Below, piece after piece: positions 1 to 10,609 of a DNA stretch of 64,000 nucleotides. Positions within the stretch are counted from its first letter, which is position 1. Every line of letters starts with the position of its first letter. Origin of the DNA: Acidobacteriota bacterium. GTDB taxonomy: Bacteria; Acidobacteriota; Vicinamibacteria; Vicinamibacterales; CAVVIG01. The notes under the pieces were generated by a model. The model was not told the origin of the DNA. It saw only the letters and a program-made list of their open reading frames with translations, and made no database searches. The position numbers were made by a program, and so were the translations under genes. The DNA lies in the NCBI GenBank assembly GCA_046726355.1, contig JBKPAI010000051.1:1106-65105 (forward strand), given 5' to 3'.

Positions 1-2723
1 GTCGCGGTCTTGCTCGCTTCGACGTCGGGCTGGTCGAATGGATTGATCCCGAGGATGGCGCCGGCTGTGGCGGTCGCGATCTCCCAGCGGAAGAATTCCG
101 CCCCCAGATCGTAGGGATCGTCCAGCGTGATGCGCACGATGGGGTGACCGGCCCGCGCCAGCGCGTCGACTGATGCGTCCTGTGCCGCATCGGGCGAGGA
201 TAGCAGGCGCAGATACACGAACAGGCGGTCGCGTCCATACCGGTCCGGACCGCCGAGTGTCTCGCGATCGATCGGAATCAGTCCTTTTCCCTCTTTGCCC
301 GTCGATTCGGCGACGAGCTGTTCCAGCCACGCGCCGAGCGGCACGAGTCCCGGCGGCGCCACGATCGTCAACTTGTCCCGGCCGAATCGGGTCGCGGCCA
401 CGCCCAGAATCGTGCCGAGCACGACGCCAGGGTTCTCCTCGACCGGCACGGACGGCATGCAGGCGCAGACCATCTCCTCGGTCCGATCGAGGAACTTCAC
501 GACGTCGACACCCATCACTGCCGCGGGAACCAGGCCGAAGTCCGACAGCACCGAATAACGGCCGCCGATATTCGGCCATCCGAAGAAGACACGGCGGAAT
601 CCATCGCTCTCGGCCGCCTGCTGCATTTTCGAGCCGGGGTCGGTGATGGCGATGAAGCGGCGGCCGGCTTGCTCGGGTCCCACCAGTTGGGACACGCGAT
701 CGAAGAAGTATTGCTTGAAGATGTTCGGTTCGAGCGTCGAGCCCGACTTGCTCGAGACAATGAACAACGTGTTCTTCAGATCGATTTGGTTCTCGAAGGC
801 TTTCACCTGGGCCGGGTCGGTCGAATCGAGCACGTGCACCGCCGGAAAGCCTTCGATTCTTCCGAACGTCGTCTTCAAGACTTCCGGGCCGAGACTGGAT
901 CCTCCCATGCCGAGGATCAGAACGTGAGCGAACCGGGCGCTGCTGGCGGCGTCCCTGATCGCGATGAGACGCTGAACGTGTGCGAGTTGATCGTTGGTGA
1001 TGCCGAGCCAGCCGAGCCACTGCGCTTCGTCTCTGCCGCTCCATAGCGTCGCGTCGCAAGCCCACAGCCTCCTGACGTTGGCCTGCGCGCGCCATTCCGT
1101 CAGCGACTCACCGACCGCGGCGGCCAGGGGCTCGGGCAACGTGTACGACATGCGGTTGCGGGGCGCGGCTCCGCCCCGGAGACGCTGCGCGTCGACGGCT
1201 TTCAGCAGCTTCTCAAAAGCGGTGGAGAACAGCTGCGCGCCCTCTGCCAGCAGCATTTCCGTCACCTCGCTCATGGCGATGCCGGCGTCGTGCAGCGACG
1301 CCATGGTGTCGCGCGCCGACTCGAGGTCTTCGGTCAGACTGGCGCGCGGCCGTCCATGATCGCGAAAGGCAGCGAGCGTCGCAGGAGGGATGGTGTTGAC
1401 GGTGTCGGGTCCGACCAGCTCCTCGACATAGACGACGTCGCGGTAGGCGGGATTTTTCGTACCGGTGCTGGCCCAGAGCAACCGCTGCGTCTGCGCGCCC
1501 CGATCCGCCAGCGCGCGCCACCGCGGGCCGGCGAAGAGCTCCTGGTACCGCTGATACGCGAGCTTGGCATTGGCGACCGCCACCCGGCCGGTCAAATCGT
1601 GCAGCGCACGCTGTTCGCGCGCATTCGTCGTCGCCGCGGCGCGCGCGGACACGAGGGCGTCGATCACGGTGTCGATCCGGCTCACGAAGAAGCTGGCAAC
1701 GCTCGCGATCCGCGCCACGTCGCCGCCGAGGGCGGCACGCTGCTCCAGTCCGGCGAGGTACGCCTCGGCGACCTGCTCGTAGGCGTCGATCGCGAACAGC
1801 AGCGTCGCGTTCACGTTGATGCCTTCGCTGATCAGCTGCCGGACGGCGGCGATGCCCTGCGACGTCGCCGGAACCTTGATCATCAGGTTGTCGCGTCCCA
1901 CCGCGCGCCACAGGCGCCGTGCTTCGTCGATCGTGCCGGCTATGTCGTAGGCGAGGAACGGCGACACTTCCAGGCTGACGTATCCGTCGCGTCTCGACGT
2001 CTCGTCGTACACGCTCCGCAGTTCGTCGGCCGCGTCCTGAATGTCGCGGACGGCGAGCATTTCGTACAGCGTCTTGGCGTCCTCCGCTCCGGTGTGGGCG
2101 GCGAGCAGATCGCGGTAATCGGAGCTCCCGGCGATGGCCTTTTCGAAAATGGCCGGATTGGACGTCACGCCGCGGACGCCGTCCTCGTTGATCAGCCGGC
2201 GCAGCTCGCCGCTGGTGATCAGGCTGCGGCGCACGTAATCGAGCCAGACGGACTGCCCGAATACTCGGAGCGCACGCACCGGGTTCTCGAGCGCGGTCAT
2301 CTTGGCGAGCCGTCGGAGGTGGCGATCATCGCCCGAGAATCGGGCGTTCAGAAACGCCTCCACCAGCTCGCATGCGAGCTCGACGCCGACGACGCGGCCG
2401 CCGAGCACGAGCACGTTCATGTCGTCGTGCTCCACGCCCTGGTGTGCGGAGTACGTGTCATGGCAGAGGCCGGCGCGAATGCCTTGAATCCTGTTCGCCG
2501 CCATCGACGCGCCGACGCCGCTGCCGCACACGATGATGCCGCGCTCGACCCGATGCTCGCGCAGCGCCGCGCCGACCGCTTCCGCATAGTCCGGGTAGTC
2601 GACCGCCCGATCCTTGTCGAACGTGCCGACGTCGACGACCTCGCGCTGCCGTCCGCGGAGGAACGCGCGCACCGCCTCCTTCAGCTCAAAGCCGGCGTGA
2701 TCCGAGCCGATTGCCACGCGCAT
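1..2723 (-). CDS. RpiB-transaldolase-glucose-6-phosphate isomerase triple fusion (3' end runs off the left edge)
   Basis: Absent from the ORF track because it has no stop in the window. Manual translation from ATG 2723 gives RpiB ([35 protein letters not shown]). It continues with no stop into transaldolase ([56 protein letters not shown]) and then Pgi ([41 protein letters not shown]). Confidence 0.9.
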   Translation of the reverse strand, partial: MRVAIGSDHAGFELKEAVRAFLRGRQREVVDVGTFDKDRAVDYPDYAEAVGAALREHRVERGIIVCGSGVGASMAANRIQGIRAGLCHDTYSAHQGVEHDDMNVLVLGGRVVGVELACELVEAFLNARFSGDDRHLRRLAKMTALENPVRALRVFGQSVWLDYVRRSLITSGELRRLINEDGVRGVTSNPAIFEKAIAGSSDYRDLLAAHTGAEDAKTLYEMLAVRDIQDAADELRSVYDETSRRDGYVSLEVSPFLAYDIAGTIDEARRLWRAVGRDNLMIKVPATSQGIAAVRQLISEGINVNATLLFAIDAYEQVAEAYLAGLEQRAALGGDVARIASVASFFVSRIDTVIDALVSARAAATTNAREQRALHDLTGRVAVANAKLAYQRYQELFAGPRWRALADRGAQTQRLLWASTGTKNPAYRDVVYVEELVGPDTVNTIPPATLAAFRDHGRPRASLTEDLESARDTMASLHDAGIAMSEVTEMLLAEGAQLFSTAFEKLLKAVDAQRLRGGAAPRNRMSYTLPEPLAAAVGESLTEWRAQANVRRLWACDATLWSGRDEAQWLGWLGITNDQLAHVQRLIAIRDAASSARFAHVLILGMGGSSLGPEVLKTTFGRIEGFPAVHVLDSTDPAQVKAFENQIDLKNTLFIVSSKSGSTLEPNIFKQYFFDRVSQLVGPEQAGRRFIAITDPGSKMQQAAESDGFRRVFFGWPNIGGRYSVLSDFGLVPAAVMGVDVVKFLDRTEEMVCACMPSVPVEENPGVVLGTILGVAATRFGRDKLTIVAPPGLVPLGAWLEQLVAESTGKEGKGLIPIDRETLGGPDRYGRDRLFVYLRLLSSPDAAQDASVDALARAGHPIVRITLDDPYDLGAEFFRWEIATATAGAILGINPFDQPDVEASKTA

Positions 2724-4839
2724 GGGTCACCTCGCCCTTGTCGACCTGTTGTCTGGCGGCCAGGACGACGTTGTCGACCGTGAAACCGAACCTCTTCTGC
2801 AGCTCCAGCAGCGGCGCCGAGGCCCCGAACGTCTCCATGCCGAGACTGTGACCGTCAATGCCGACATACCGGGTCCATCCGAGCGTGGACGCCTTTTCGA
2901 CTGAGACGCGCGCGGTGACCGCGGATGGCAGCACCTGCTCGCGGTATTCAGGATGATCGCGACAGTAGCGCTCGAACAGCTCCCACGACGGCATGCTGAC
3001 GACCCGCGCCTTGATGCCCTCGGCGAGGAGGCGCTCGTGCGCCTCGACGCAGAGCGAGACCTCGCTGCCGGTGGCCAGCAGCAACACGTCCGGTCGATCG
3101 CCGGCATCGGTCAGCACGTACGCGCCGCGCGACACGCCCGCCGCCGACGCGTACTTCGTGCGGTCCAGCGTCGGCACCGCCTGCCGCGTCAGGATCAGCG
3201 CGACCGGCGCGTGGCGGAGCTGCATGATCAGGCGCCAGGCTTCGACCGTCTCGTTCGCGTCGGCCGGCCGCAGCGTGATGAGACCGGGGATCGCGCGCAG
3301 CGACGCGAGATGCTCCACCGGCTGGTGCGTCGGGCCATCCTCGCCGACGCCAATCGAATCGTGCGTGAAGACGTGGATGACCGGGATTTCCATCAGGGCG
3401 CTCAGGCGGATCGCCGCGCGCCCGTAGTCGCTGAAAATCAGGAATCCCGATCCGTACGGCCGGACCTTCGACAGCGACAGGCCGTTGAGAACCGCCGCCA
3501 TCGCGTGTTCGCGAATGCCGAAGTGAAGATTGCGCCCGCCGGGACTGTCGGCGCTGAAGTCATCGGCGCCGTCGAACGTCAGGCGCGTCTTGCACGACGG
3601 GCCCAGGTCCGCCGACCCTCCGAGCAGCCATGGTACGTTCCTGCCGATCGCATTCAACGCCTGTCCGGATGCGTCGCGCGTCGCCATCCCCTTGCCGTCC
3701 GCCGGAAACGACGGCAATTCCCGGTCCCAGCCTGGCGGCAACTCGCGCCGCAGCATGCGGAATCCGCGATCCGCGAGATCGGGATAGGCGCGGCGGTACT
3801 CTTCGAAAGTCGCCCACCAGTCGCGATGCAGCGCCGCACCGCGCGCGCAGACGCCCGCCTCGAAATGAGCGCGCACCGCGTCGGGCACGAGGAACTTCGC
3901 GTCTTCCGGCCAGCCGTAATGCCGCTTGGCGAGCCTGATTTCCTCGGCGCCGAGCGGTTCGCCATGCGCCGCGCTGGTGTCCTGCTTGTTCGGCGCGCCG
4001 TAGGCGATGTGGCTGTCGACGATGATGAGGGTGGGCCGATCGGTCGTGTTCTTGAAGGTTCGGAACGCACGCTCGAGCATCGCGAGATCGTTCGCGTCGC
4101 CAACGCGCGTGACGTTCCAGCCGTAGCCGGCGAACCGCGTCGCCACATCGTCGCTGCAGGCCAGCGCCGTGTTTCCCTCGATCGTGATTCGATTGTTGTC
4201 GTAGATCCAGCACAGGTGCGAGAGCTTGAGGTGTCCGCCGAGCGACGCCGCCTCGGCGGTGATCCCTTCCATCATGCAGCCGTCGCCGCACAAGGCGTAG
4301 ACGTCGTAGTCGAAGAGGTCGAATCCCGGACGATTGAAGTGGCTGGCCAGCCAGCGTTCGGCGATGGCCATGCCGACGCTCGTCGCCAGACCCTGCCCGA
4401 GCGGGCCGGTCGTCGTCTCGACGCCCGAGGTCCAGCGGTATTCCGGATGCCCGGGGCACTTGCTGTCGGTCTGGCGAAAACGCTCGATGTCCTGGAGGGT
4501 CACCGCCGGATCGCCGAGCGTTTCGTACTTCGGATTCACCGCCTTCATGCCGGTCAGGTGCAGCATCGAGTAGAGCAGCATCGACGCGTGGCCCACCGAG
4601 AGCACGAACCGATCGCGATTCGGCCAGATCGGGTGATTCGGATCGACGCGCAGGAAGCGTTGCCACAGACAGTAGACGACCGGCGCAAGCGCCATCGGCG
4701 TGCCGGGATGGCCCGAGTTGGCCGCCTGCACGGCGTCCATCGACAACGTTCGGATCGTGTTGACGCACAACTGATCGATGTCGACGCCGGGCGTGTCGAC
4801 GCGGACGGTCGCATGTCGTAGGCTCGATTCGGTCGTCAT
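2686..4839 (-). CDS. tkt: transketolase
   Basis: Motifs [33 protein letters not shown] (ThDP), [24 protein letters not shown]. Start set at ATG 4839 (MTTESS). The stop overlaps the rpiB start by 38 nt. Confidence 0.95.
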   Translation of the reverse strand: MTTESSLRHATVRVDTPGVDIDQLCVNTIRTLSMDAVQAANSGHPGTPMALAPVVYCLWQRFLRVDPNHPIWPNRDRFVLSVGHASMLLYSMLHLTGMKAVNPKYETLGDPAVTLQDIERFRQTDSKCPGHPEYRWTSGVETTTGPLGQGLATSVGMAIAERWLASHFNRPGFDLFDYDVYALCGDGCMMEGITAEAASLGGHLKLSHLCWIYDNNRITIEGNTALACSDDVATRFAGYGWNVTRVGDANDLAMLERAFRTFKNTTDRPTLIIVDSHIAYGAPNKQDTSAAHGEPLGAEEIRLAKRHYGWPEDAKFLVPDAVRAHFEAGVCARGAALHRDWWATFEEYRRAYPDLADRGFRMLRRELPPGWDRELPSFPADGKGMATRDASGQALNAIGRNVPWLLGGSADLGPSCKTRLTFDGADDFSADSPGGRNLHFGIREHAMAAVLNGLSLSKVRPYGSGFLIFSDYGRAAIRLSALMEIPVIHVFTHDSIGVGEDGPTHQPVEHLASLRAIPGLITLRPADANETVEAWRLIMQLRHAPVALILTRQAVPTLDRTKYASAAGVSRGAYVLTDAGDRPDVLLLATGSEVSLCVEAHERLLAEGIKARVVSMPSWELFERYCRDHPEYREQVLPSAVTARVSVEKASTLGWTRYVGIDGHSLGMETFGASAPLLELQKRFGFTVDNVVLAARQQVDKGEVTHARGNRLGSRRL

Positions 4840-4900
4840 CGGCTCAGCTCCGCCCCGATGCCGCGGCCGCCGGGCAGACGGCACGGGTGCCGCGCCATCG

Positions 4901-7312
4901 CTAGTAGGGCCACGTCCAGTTCACGAGTTCCGGGCGATCGGTGCCGTGCTCGTGCGCAAACCGCATGTTGTCGAGGATGGCGTTCTTCATCTCCTCTTTG
5001 AGGTGCGCGGCCCGTGTTCGCAGCTTCGGCACCCGCTCGATCACGTCGATGACCAGGTGGAAGCGGGACGTTTCGTTCAGCATCGCCAGTTCGAGCGGGG
5101 TGTTGATGTTTCCCTTTTCCTTGTAGCCGCGGACGTGCAGGTTCTCGTGGCCTTTGAACCGGTACGCGAGCCTGTGGATCAGCCACGGATATCCGTGAAA
5201 GTTGAAGACGACCGGTTTGTCCGACGTGAACACCCCGTCGAATTCACGCTCGGTCGAGCCGTGCGGATGTTCGGACGCCGGCTGCAGCTTGAACAGATCG
5301 ACGACGTTGACGAAGCGCAGCTTCAAGTCGGGGACGCGATCGCGCAGGATCGCGGCGGCTGCCAGCGCTTCCATCGTGGCCACGTCGCCGCACGACGCGA
5401 GCACGACGTCAGGCTCTTCGCCGGCATCGGTGCTCGCGCGCGCCCAGATGCCGAAGCCCTTGGCGCAATGCGTGATGGCTTCGTCGATCGTCACGAACTG
5501 GAGGTGCTTCTGTTTGTCGGCCACGATCACGTTGATGCAGTCGCTGCTGCGGAAGCAGTGATCCGCGACGGCCAGCAGCGTGTTGGCGTCGGGCGGCAGG
5601 TAGATGCGCACCACCGAAGCCCCCTTGTTGGTCACGAGATCGATGAAGCCGGGATCCTGATGCGAGAAGCCGTTGTGGTCCTGGCGCCAGACGGTGGAAG
5701 ACAGCAGGATGGTCTCGGACGCGACCGAGGCACGCCAGTGCACGTGGTTCTTGCTGATGTCCAGCCACTTCGCGTGCTGGTTGAACATCGAGTCGATCAC
5801 GTGGGCGAACGCTTCGTAGGTATGAAACAGGCCGTGGCGGCCGGTGAGCAGATATCCTTCGAGCCACCCGAGGAGCGTGTGCTCCGACAGGATCTCCATC
5901 ACGCGACCGTCAGGGGCGAGCTCACCGCCGTCTGCGTCCTCCGGCAGCAGATCGGCCATCCAGGTCTTCTTGCTCACCTCGTACACGGCCTGTAACCGAT
6001 TCGAGGCGGTTTCGTCAGGACCGAACACGCGGAACGTCGTCGGATTGTTCCGCATCACGTCGCGGAGATACTCGCCCAGCGGCCTGGTGTTCTCGTATGT
6101 CGCAGCGCCGCGCGTCGGCACGTCGACCGCATGCCGGCGAAAGTCCGGAAGAGTCAGATCCTTCCTGAGCAGTCCGCCGTTGGCGTGCGGGTTGGCGCTC
6201 ATCCGGCGCGTCCCCGTTGGCGCGAGCGCCTTGAGATGGGGGACGAGACGGCCGTTCCCGTCGAACAACTCTTCGGGCTTGTAGCTGCGCAACCAGTCGC
6301 TCAGCAGCTGGAGGTTGTCGGGATTGTCCCGCACGTCGGAAAACGGCACCTGGTGCGACCGCCAGGACCCTTCGACCTTGTGTCCCTTGATCTCCTTCGG
6401 ACCGGTCCAGCCCTTCGGCGTCCGCAGCACGATCATCGGCCACCTGGGACGGAAGGGCCGGTTGCTGTCGCGCGCCCTCCTTTGTTGCGTGCGAATCTCT
6501 CCGATCGTGTCTTCCAGCGTCGACGCCATCCTCTGGTGCATCTCGGCGGGATCGCTCCCCTCGACGAAATAGGGCTTGTAGCCGTAGCCGACGAACAGCG
6601 CGTCCAGTTCCTCGTGACTGATGCGCGAAAGGATCGTCGGGTTGGCGATCTTGTAGCCGTTGAGATTCAGAATCGGCAGCACGGCGCCGTCGCGGACCGG
6701 GTTGATGAACTTGTTGGAGTGCCACGACGCCGCGAGCGGACCCGTCTCCGCTTCGCCGTCGCCGACGACGCACGCCACGATGAGATTCGGGTTGTCGAAC
6801 GCCATGCCGTACGCGTGCGAGAGGCTGTAGCCCAGCTCGCCACCTTCGTGGATGGAGCCCGGTGTTTCGGGCGTGACATGGCTGCCGATATGACCCGGGA
6901 AGGAGAACTGCTTGAAGAACTTCCGCATTCCCTCGGCGTCCTGGCTCTTGTCCGGATAGATCTCGGAATACGTGCCTTCCAGGTAGGCCGGCCCGAGGAC
7001 GCCGGGCGCGCCGTGGCCCGGCCCGGCGACGAAGATCATGTCGAGATCGTGCTTGACGATCAGGCGGTTCAGATGGACCCACACGAACGACAGCGCCGGG
7101 CTCGCGCCCCAGTGGCCGAGAAGGCGGTGCTTCACGTGCTCGGTGATCAACGGCTCTCTCAGCAGCGGGTTGTCCTTCAGATAGATCATCCCGACCGACA
7201 GGTAATTGCACGCGCGCCAGTAGGCGTGCATCAGCTCCAGCTCCTTGGCCGACAACGCCTTGTCGGCATCCATCACCGCCACCCCTTTATGGCTCGCTCG
7301 CGTTTTTTCCAC
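4901..7312 (-). CDS. xfp: xylulose-5-P/fructose-6-P phosphoketolase
   Basis: Motifs [68 protein letters not shown]. Start is GTG 7312 or ATG 7273. Confidence 0.95.
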   Translation of the reverse strand: MEKTRASHKGVAVMDADKALSAKELELMHAYWRACNYLSVGMIYLKDNPLLREPLITEHVKHRLLGHWGASPALSFVWVHLNRLIVKHDLDMIFVAGPGHGAPGVLGPAYLEGTYSEIYPDKSQDAEGMRKFFKQFSFPGHIGSHVTPETPGSIHEGGELGYSLSHAYGMAFDNPNLIVACVVGDGEAETGPLAASWHSNKFINPVRDGAVLPILNLNGYKIANPTILSRISHEELDALFVGYGYKPYFVEGSDPAEMHQRMASTLEDTIGEIRTQQRRARDSNRPFRPRWPMIVLRTPKGWTGPKEIKGHKVEGSWRSHQVPFSDVRDNPDNLQLLSDWLRSYKPEELFDGNGRLVPHLKALAPTGTRRMSANPHANGGLLRKDLTLPDFRRHAVDVPTRGAATYENTRPLGEYLRDVMRNNPTTFRVFGPDETASNRLQAVYEVSKKTWMADLLPEDADGGELAPDGRVMEILSEHTLLGWLEGYLLTGRHGLFHTYEAFAHVIDSMFNQHAKWLDISKNHVHWRASVASETILLSSTVWRQDHNGFSHQDPGFIDLVTNKGASVVRIYLPPDANTLLAVADHCFRSSDCINVIVADKQKHLQFVTIDEAITHCAKGFGIWARASTDAGEEPDVVLASCGDVATMEALAAAAILRDRVPDLKLRFVNVVDLFKLQPASEHPHGSTEREFDGVFTSDKPVVFNFHGYPWLIHRLAYRFKGHENLHVRGYKEKGNINTPLELAMLNETSRFHLVIDVIERVPKLRTRAAHLKEEMKNAILDNMRFAHEHGTDRPELVNWTWPY

Positions 7313-7328
7313 GGCACTTCTCCCGTTC

Positions 7329-8354
7329 TCAAACGACTAAAGACACCGTCTCCATCGACGGCTTGTACATGCCGAGCGCCGCCGCGCTCGCGCACCTGGC
7401 GCGGTGGTAGAACGCCTGCTGACCGGCCATCAGGTTTTCGGGCCGGCCTCGCCACGCATTGAGAGCTTCCGCCTGCAGCGCGCGTCCGTACGAAAACGTG
7501 AGCGGCCACGGCTTCGGCGCGTCGAACCGGTTGATGGCGTTCAGGTGCAGCGTGGCGAGGAGATGATCCTGGCCCCCCGACAGGAACACAATGCCCGGGA
7601 CCGACGCGGGCACGAAGCGCTGGAGACACCGAACCGTCGCCGCCGCGACGTTGGCGACGGAGGCCTGTGCGGCGCACTGTTGTCCGGAGATCACCATGTT
7701 CGGTTTGAGCAGGATGTCGTCGAGCGCCACGGTCTGGGTCCACAACGCCTCGAACACCGCATGCAGGACGTTTCCGGTCACCTCCTCGCAGCGCGCGATC
7801 GTGTGCGGGCCGTCCATCAGGACCTCGGGTTCGACGATCGGCACCAGACCCTGCTCCTGACACAGAGCGGCATATCGTGCCAGCGCGTGCGCGTTGGCCT
7901 GCACGCAGGCTGCGCTGGGCAGCGGTCCACTGACGACGATGACCGCGCGCCACTTCGCGAACCGGGCGCCGATCTCGCGGAACCTCGTCAGACGGGCGCG
8001 AAGCCCGTCGAGACCCTCGGTGATGGATTCCTTCGTCGAGCCCGCGAACGGCTGGGTGCCGGCGTCGACCTTGATTCCCGGGATGATGTTCTGCTGCGCG
8101 AGCACGTCGACGAGCCGTGCGCCCGTCGAGTTGCACTGGTGGATCGTCTCCTCGTGCAGAATGACGCCGCTGATGTATTCCGCGATGCCTGGTGTGGTAA
8201 AGAACATCTCGCGGTACTCGCGGCGGCTGTCCGGCGTCGATTGGACCGCAACCGCCGCGAGCCGCTTGGTCACGGTGAAGACCGTCTCGTCCGCGGCGAG
8301 AATGCCCTTGCCCGAGTCGACGAGGGCGCGTGCGGTCGTGTGTAGATCCGTCAT
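7329..8354 (-). CDS. fba: class I fructose-bisphosphate aldolase (Schiff-base, eukaryote-like family)
   Basis: Motifs [31 protein letters not shown] (Schiff-base Lys), [15 protein letters not shown]. True start is ATG 8354 (MTDLH); the ORF-track N-terminal extension overlaps the upstream gene. Confidence 0.93.
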   Translation of the reverse strand: MTDLHTTARALVDSGKGILAADETVFTVTKRLAAVAVQSTPDSRREYREMFFTTPGIAEYISGVILHEETIHQCNSTGARLVDVLAQQNIIPGIKVDAGTQPFAGSTKESITEGLDGLRARLTRFREIGARFAKWRAVIVVSGPLPSAACVQANAHALARYAALCQEQGLVPIVEPEVLMDGPHTIARCEEVTGNVLHAVFEALWTQTVALDDILLKPNMVISGQQCAAQASVANVAAATVRCLQRFVPASVPGIVFLSGGQDHLLATLHLNAINRFDAPKPWPLTFSYGRALQAEALNAWRGRPENLMAGQQAFYHRARCASAAALGMYKPSMETVSLVV

Positions 8355-8959
8355 GGTTCCTCCGGGTGTTCCTGGGGCGCGAGCGCGGCGTTCCACCGTT
8401 TCACCGCCGGGATTCCGCGGTAGTAGCCGAGCACGCTCAGCGTTGCCGTACCGAGCTGGAAGTGGCAGCCGGCCAGGGTCGGCAGCCCCAGCCATCGGGC
8501 GACGACAACTCTGAAAATGTGGCCGTGCGCGAACAGCGCCACCGAGCCGCCCGCCGATCGGACCTTCGCGATCACTCGATCGGCGCGGGCGCCCACCTGT
8601 TCGGGACTTTCTCCACCCGGACAGCCATCCCTGAAGATCAACCAGTCGGGCGCCTTCACCTTGATGTCCTTCGGCGTCAGGCCTTCGTACTCGCCGTAGT
8701 TCCACTCCACGAGATCGCGATCGATCTCGGCGCGGTCGCCGAGGCCGGCCAGCTCGCACGTACGCCGCGCACGGGTGAGCGGGCTCGTCAGCACCCGCGC
8801 GAAGCATTCCCCGGCCAGGGCCGGTGCGAGCTGCGTGGCCATCCTCTCTCCGTTCTCGGTGAGCGCGAGGTCTGTCACACCGGTGTGCTGCCCGCTCAGG
8901 CTCCACGCCGTCTCGCCGTGGCGGAGCAGATAGACGCGCTGATCCGTCCAGGTGTTCAT
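8351..8959 (-). CDS. histidine phosphatase superfamily protein (phosphoglycerate mutase-like sugar phosphatase)
   Basis: RHGET catalytic motif, SPLTRARRT, EWNYGEYEG, GGES, FAHGH. Start is ATG 8959, with 4-nt overlaps to both neighbours. Confidence 0.88.
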   Translation of the reverse strand: MNTWTDQRVYLLRHGETAWSLSGQHTGVTDLALTENGERMATQLAPALAGECFARVLTSPLTRARRTCELAGLGDRAEIDRDLVEWNYGEYEGLTPKDIKVKAPDWLIFRDGCPGGESPEQVGARADRVIAKVRSAGGSVALFAHGHIFRVVVARWLGLPTLAGCHFQLGTATLSVLGYYRGIPAVKRWNAALAPQEHPEEP

Positions 8960-10605
8960 CGGACGATGCCTGCAAACGCCCGGCTGACGATGGCCTGTGC
9001 CTCCTCCTGAATCCGCTTCAGGTGCTCGCGGCCGCGAAAGCTTTCCGCGTAGAGCTTGTAGACGGCTTCCGTGCCGGATGGGCGCGCGGCGAACCACCCA
9101 TTGGCGGTGATAACCTTCAAGCCGTCGAGCGGCGCGCCGTTGCCGGGCGCCGTCGTGAGCACCGCCTGGATCGGCTCGCCCGCGAGCTCCGACGCCACGA
9201 CGTCTGCCGGCGAAAGATTCCGCAGCGCCGCCTTCTCGACTGCCGTCGCGGGGGCGTCGATGCGCGCGTAGACGGGAGCCCCGAGCTCGTCGGTGAGATC
9301 GGTGTACAACTCGAACGGGTTGCGGCCCGTGCGGGCCATCAGTTCGACCGCCAACAGATCGAGGATGATCCCGTCCTTGTCGGTGGTCCACACCGTGCCG
9401 TTGCGCCGCAGGAACGACGCGCCCGCGCTCTCCTCGCCGGCAAACCCGAGCGACCCGTCGAGCAGGCCGGCCACGAACCACTTGAACCCGACCGGAACTT
9501 CGACCAGCGGCCGTCTGAACTTTTCCGCCACCCGATCGATGATGCTGCTCGTCACCGCGGTCTTGCCGATCGCGGCGTCCGCCAGCCACTCCGAGCGATG
9601 GGTGACGAGATAGGACGCCGCCGCGGCGAGGTAGTGATTCGGGTTCATCAGCCCCGCGGATGTGACGATGCCGTGGCGGTCGCCGTCGGGATCGTTGCCA
9701 AACGCGATGTCATAGCGGGACTTCAGCGCGATCAGGTTCGCCATCGCGTAGCGGGATGAACAGTCCATCCGGATCTTGCCGTCCCAGTCGAGAGGCATGA
9801 AACCGAACGTCTCGTCGATCGTGTCGTTGAGGATGTCGAGATCGAACCGATAGCGATCGGCAATCGGCTGCCAGAAGGGCAGGCTCGCTCCGCCAAGCGG
9901 ATCGACGGCGATGCGCAGGCTCGCGCTCCGGACCGCGTCCATGTCCACGACGGCCGAAAGGTCGTCAACGTAGGAGCGGATGTAGTCGTAGGCGTGCGTC
10001 GTCGATGCGCGGCGAGCCTTCGGGAACGCGGTTCGCGATACGCTCGTCAGGTGGTTCGAGAGCAGCCGGTTGGCTCTCTCCTCGATCCAGCGCGTCACCT
10101 CTGTGTCTGCCGGTCCACCGTTCGGCGGGTTGTACTTGAGGCCGCCGTCCTCCGGCGGATTGTGCGACGGGGTGACGACGATCCCATCGGCAACGTGATT
10201 CGTCCGGCCGTGGTTGTGCGTCAGGATGGCGTGCGAGATCGCCGGCGTCGGCGTGCAGCCGCCGGCCGCATCGACCATCGTGTCGACCCGGTTGGCCGCG
10301 AGCACCTCGAGCGCGGTCGCGAAGGCCTGGTCCGACAGCGCGTGCGGATCCTTGCCAAGGTAGAGAGGCCCGGTGATCTTCTGCAGCTTCCGGTAGTCGC
10401 AGATCGCCTGCGTGATCGCCAGCACGTGCGCCTCGTTGAACGTGCCGGCGAGCGACGAGCCCCTGTGGCCGCTGGTGCCGAAGCTGACGCGCTGCGCCCG
10501 GTCGGCGATGTCCGGTGCGCGCGAGGCGTACGCGTCCCGGACCGCCGCGACGTCGATCAGGCGATCCCGCGGAGCGGGCTGACTGGCCAGCGGATGAACC
10601 CTCAC
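8956..10605 (-). CDS. pgm: phosphoglucomutase (alpha-D-glucose-1,6-bisphosphate dependent)
   Basis: Motifs FGTSGHRG, TPSHNPP (phospho-Ser), DPDGDR (metal loop), GEESAG, RPSGTE. Probable start is GTG 10605. Confidence 0.94.
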   Translation of the reverse strand: MRVHPLASQPAPRDRLIDVAAVRDAYASRAPDIADRAQRVSFGTSGHRGSSLAGTFNEAHVLAITQAICDYRKLQKITGPLYLGKDPHALSDQAFATALEVLAANRVDTMVDAAGGCTPTPAISHAILTHNHGRTNHVADGIVVTPSHNPPEDGGLKYNPPNGGPADTEVTRWIEERANRLLSNHLTSVSRTAFPKARRASTTHAYDYIRSYVDDLSAVVDMDAVRSASLRIAVDPLGGASLPFWQPIADRYRFDLDILNDTIDETFGFMPLDWDGKIRMDCSSRYAMANLIALKSRYDIAFGNDPDGDRHGIVTSAGLMNPNHYLAAAASYLVTHRSEWLADAAIGKTAVTSSIIDRVAEKFRRPLVEVPVGFKWFVAGLLDGSLGFAGEESAGASFLRRNGTVWTTDKDGIILDLLAVELMARTGRNPFELYTDLTDELGAPVYARIDAPATAVEKAALRNLSPADVVASELAGEPIQAVLTTAPGNGAPLDGLKVITANGWFAARPSGTEAVYKLYAESFRGREHLKRIQEEAQAIVSRAFAGIVR

Positions 10606-10609
10606 GGAA

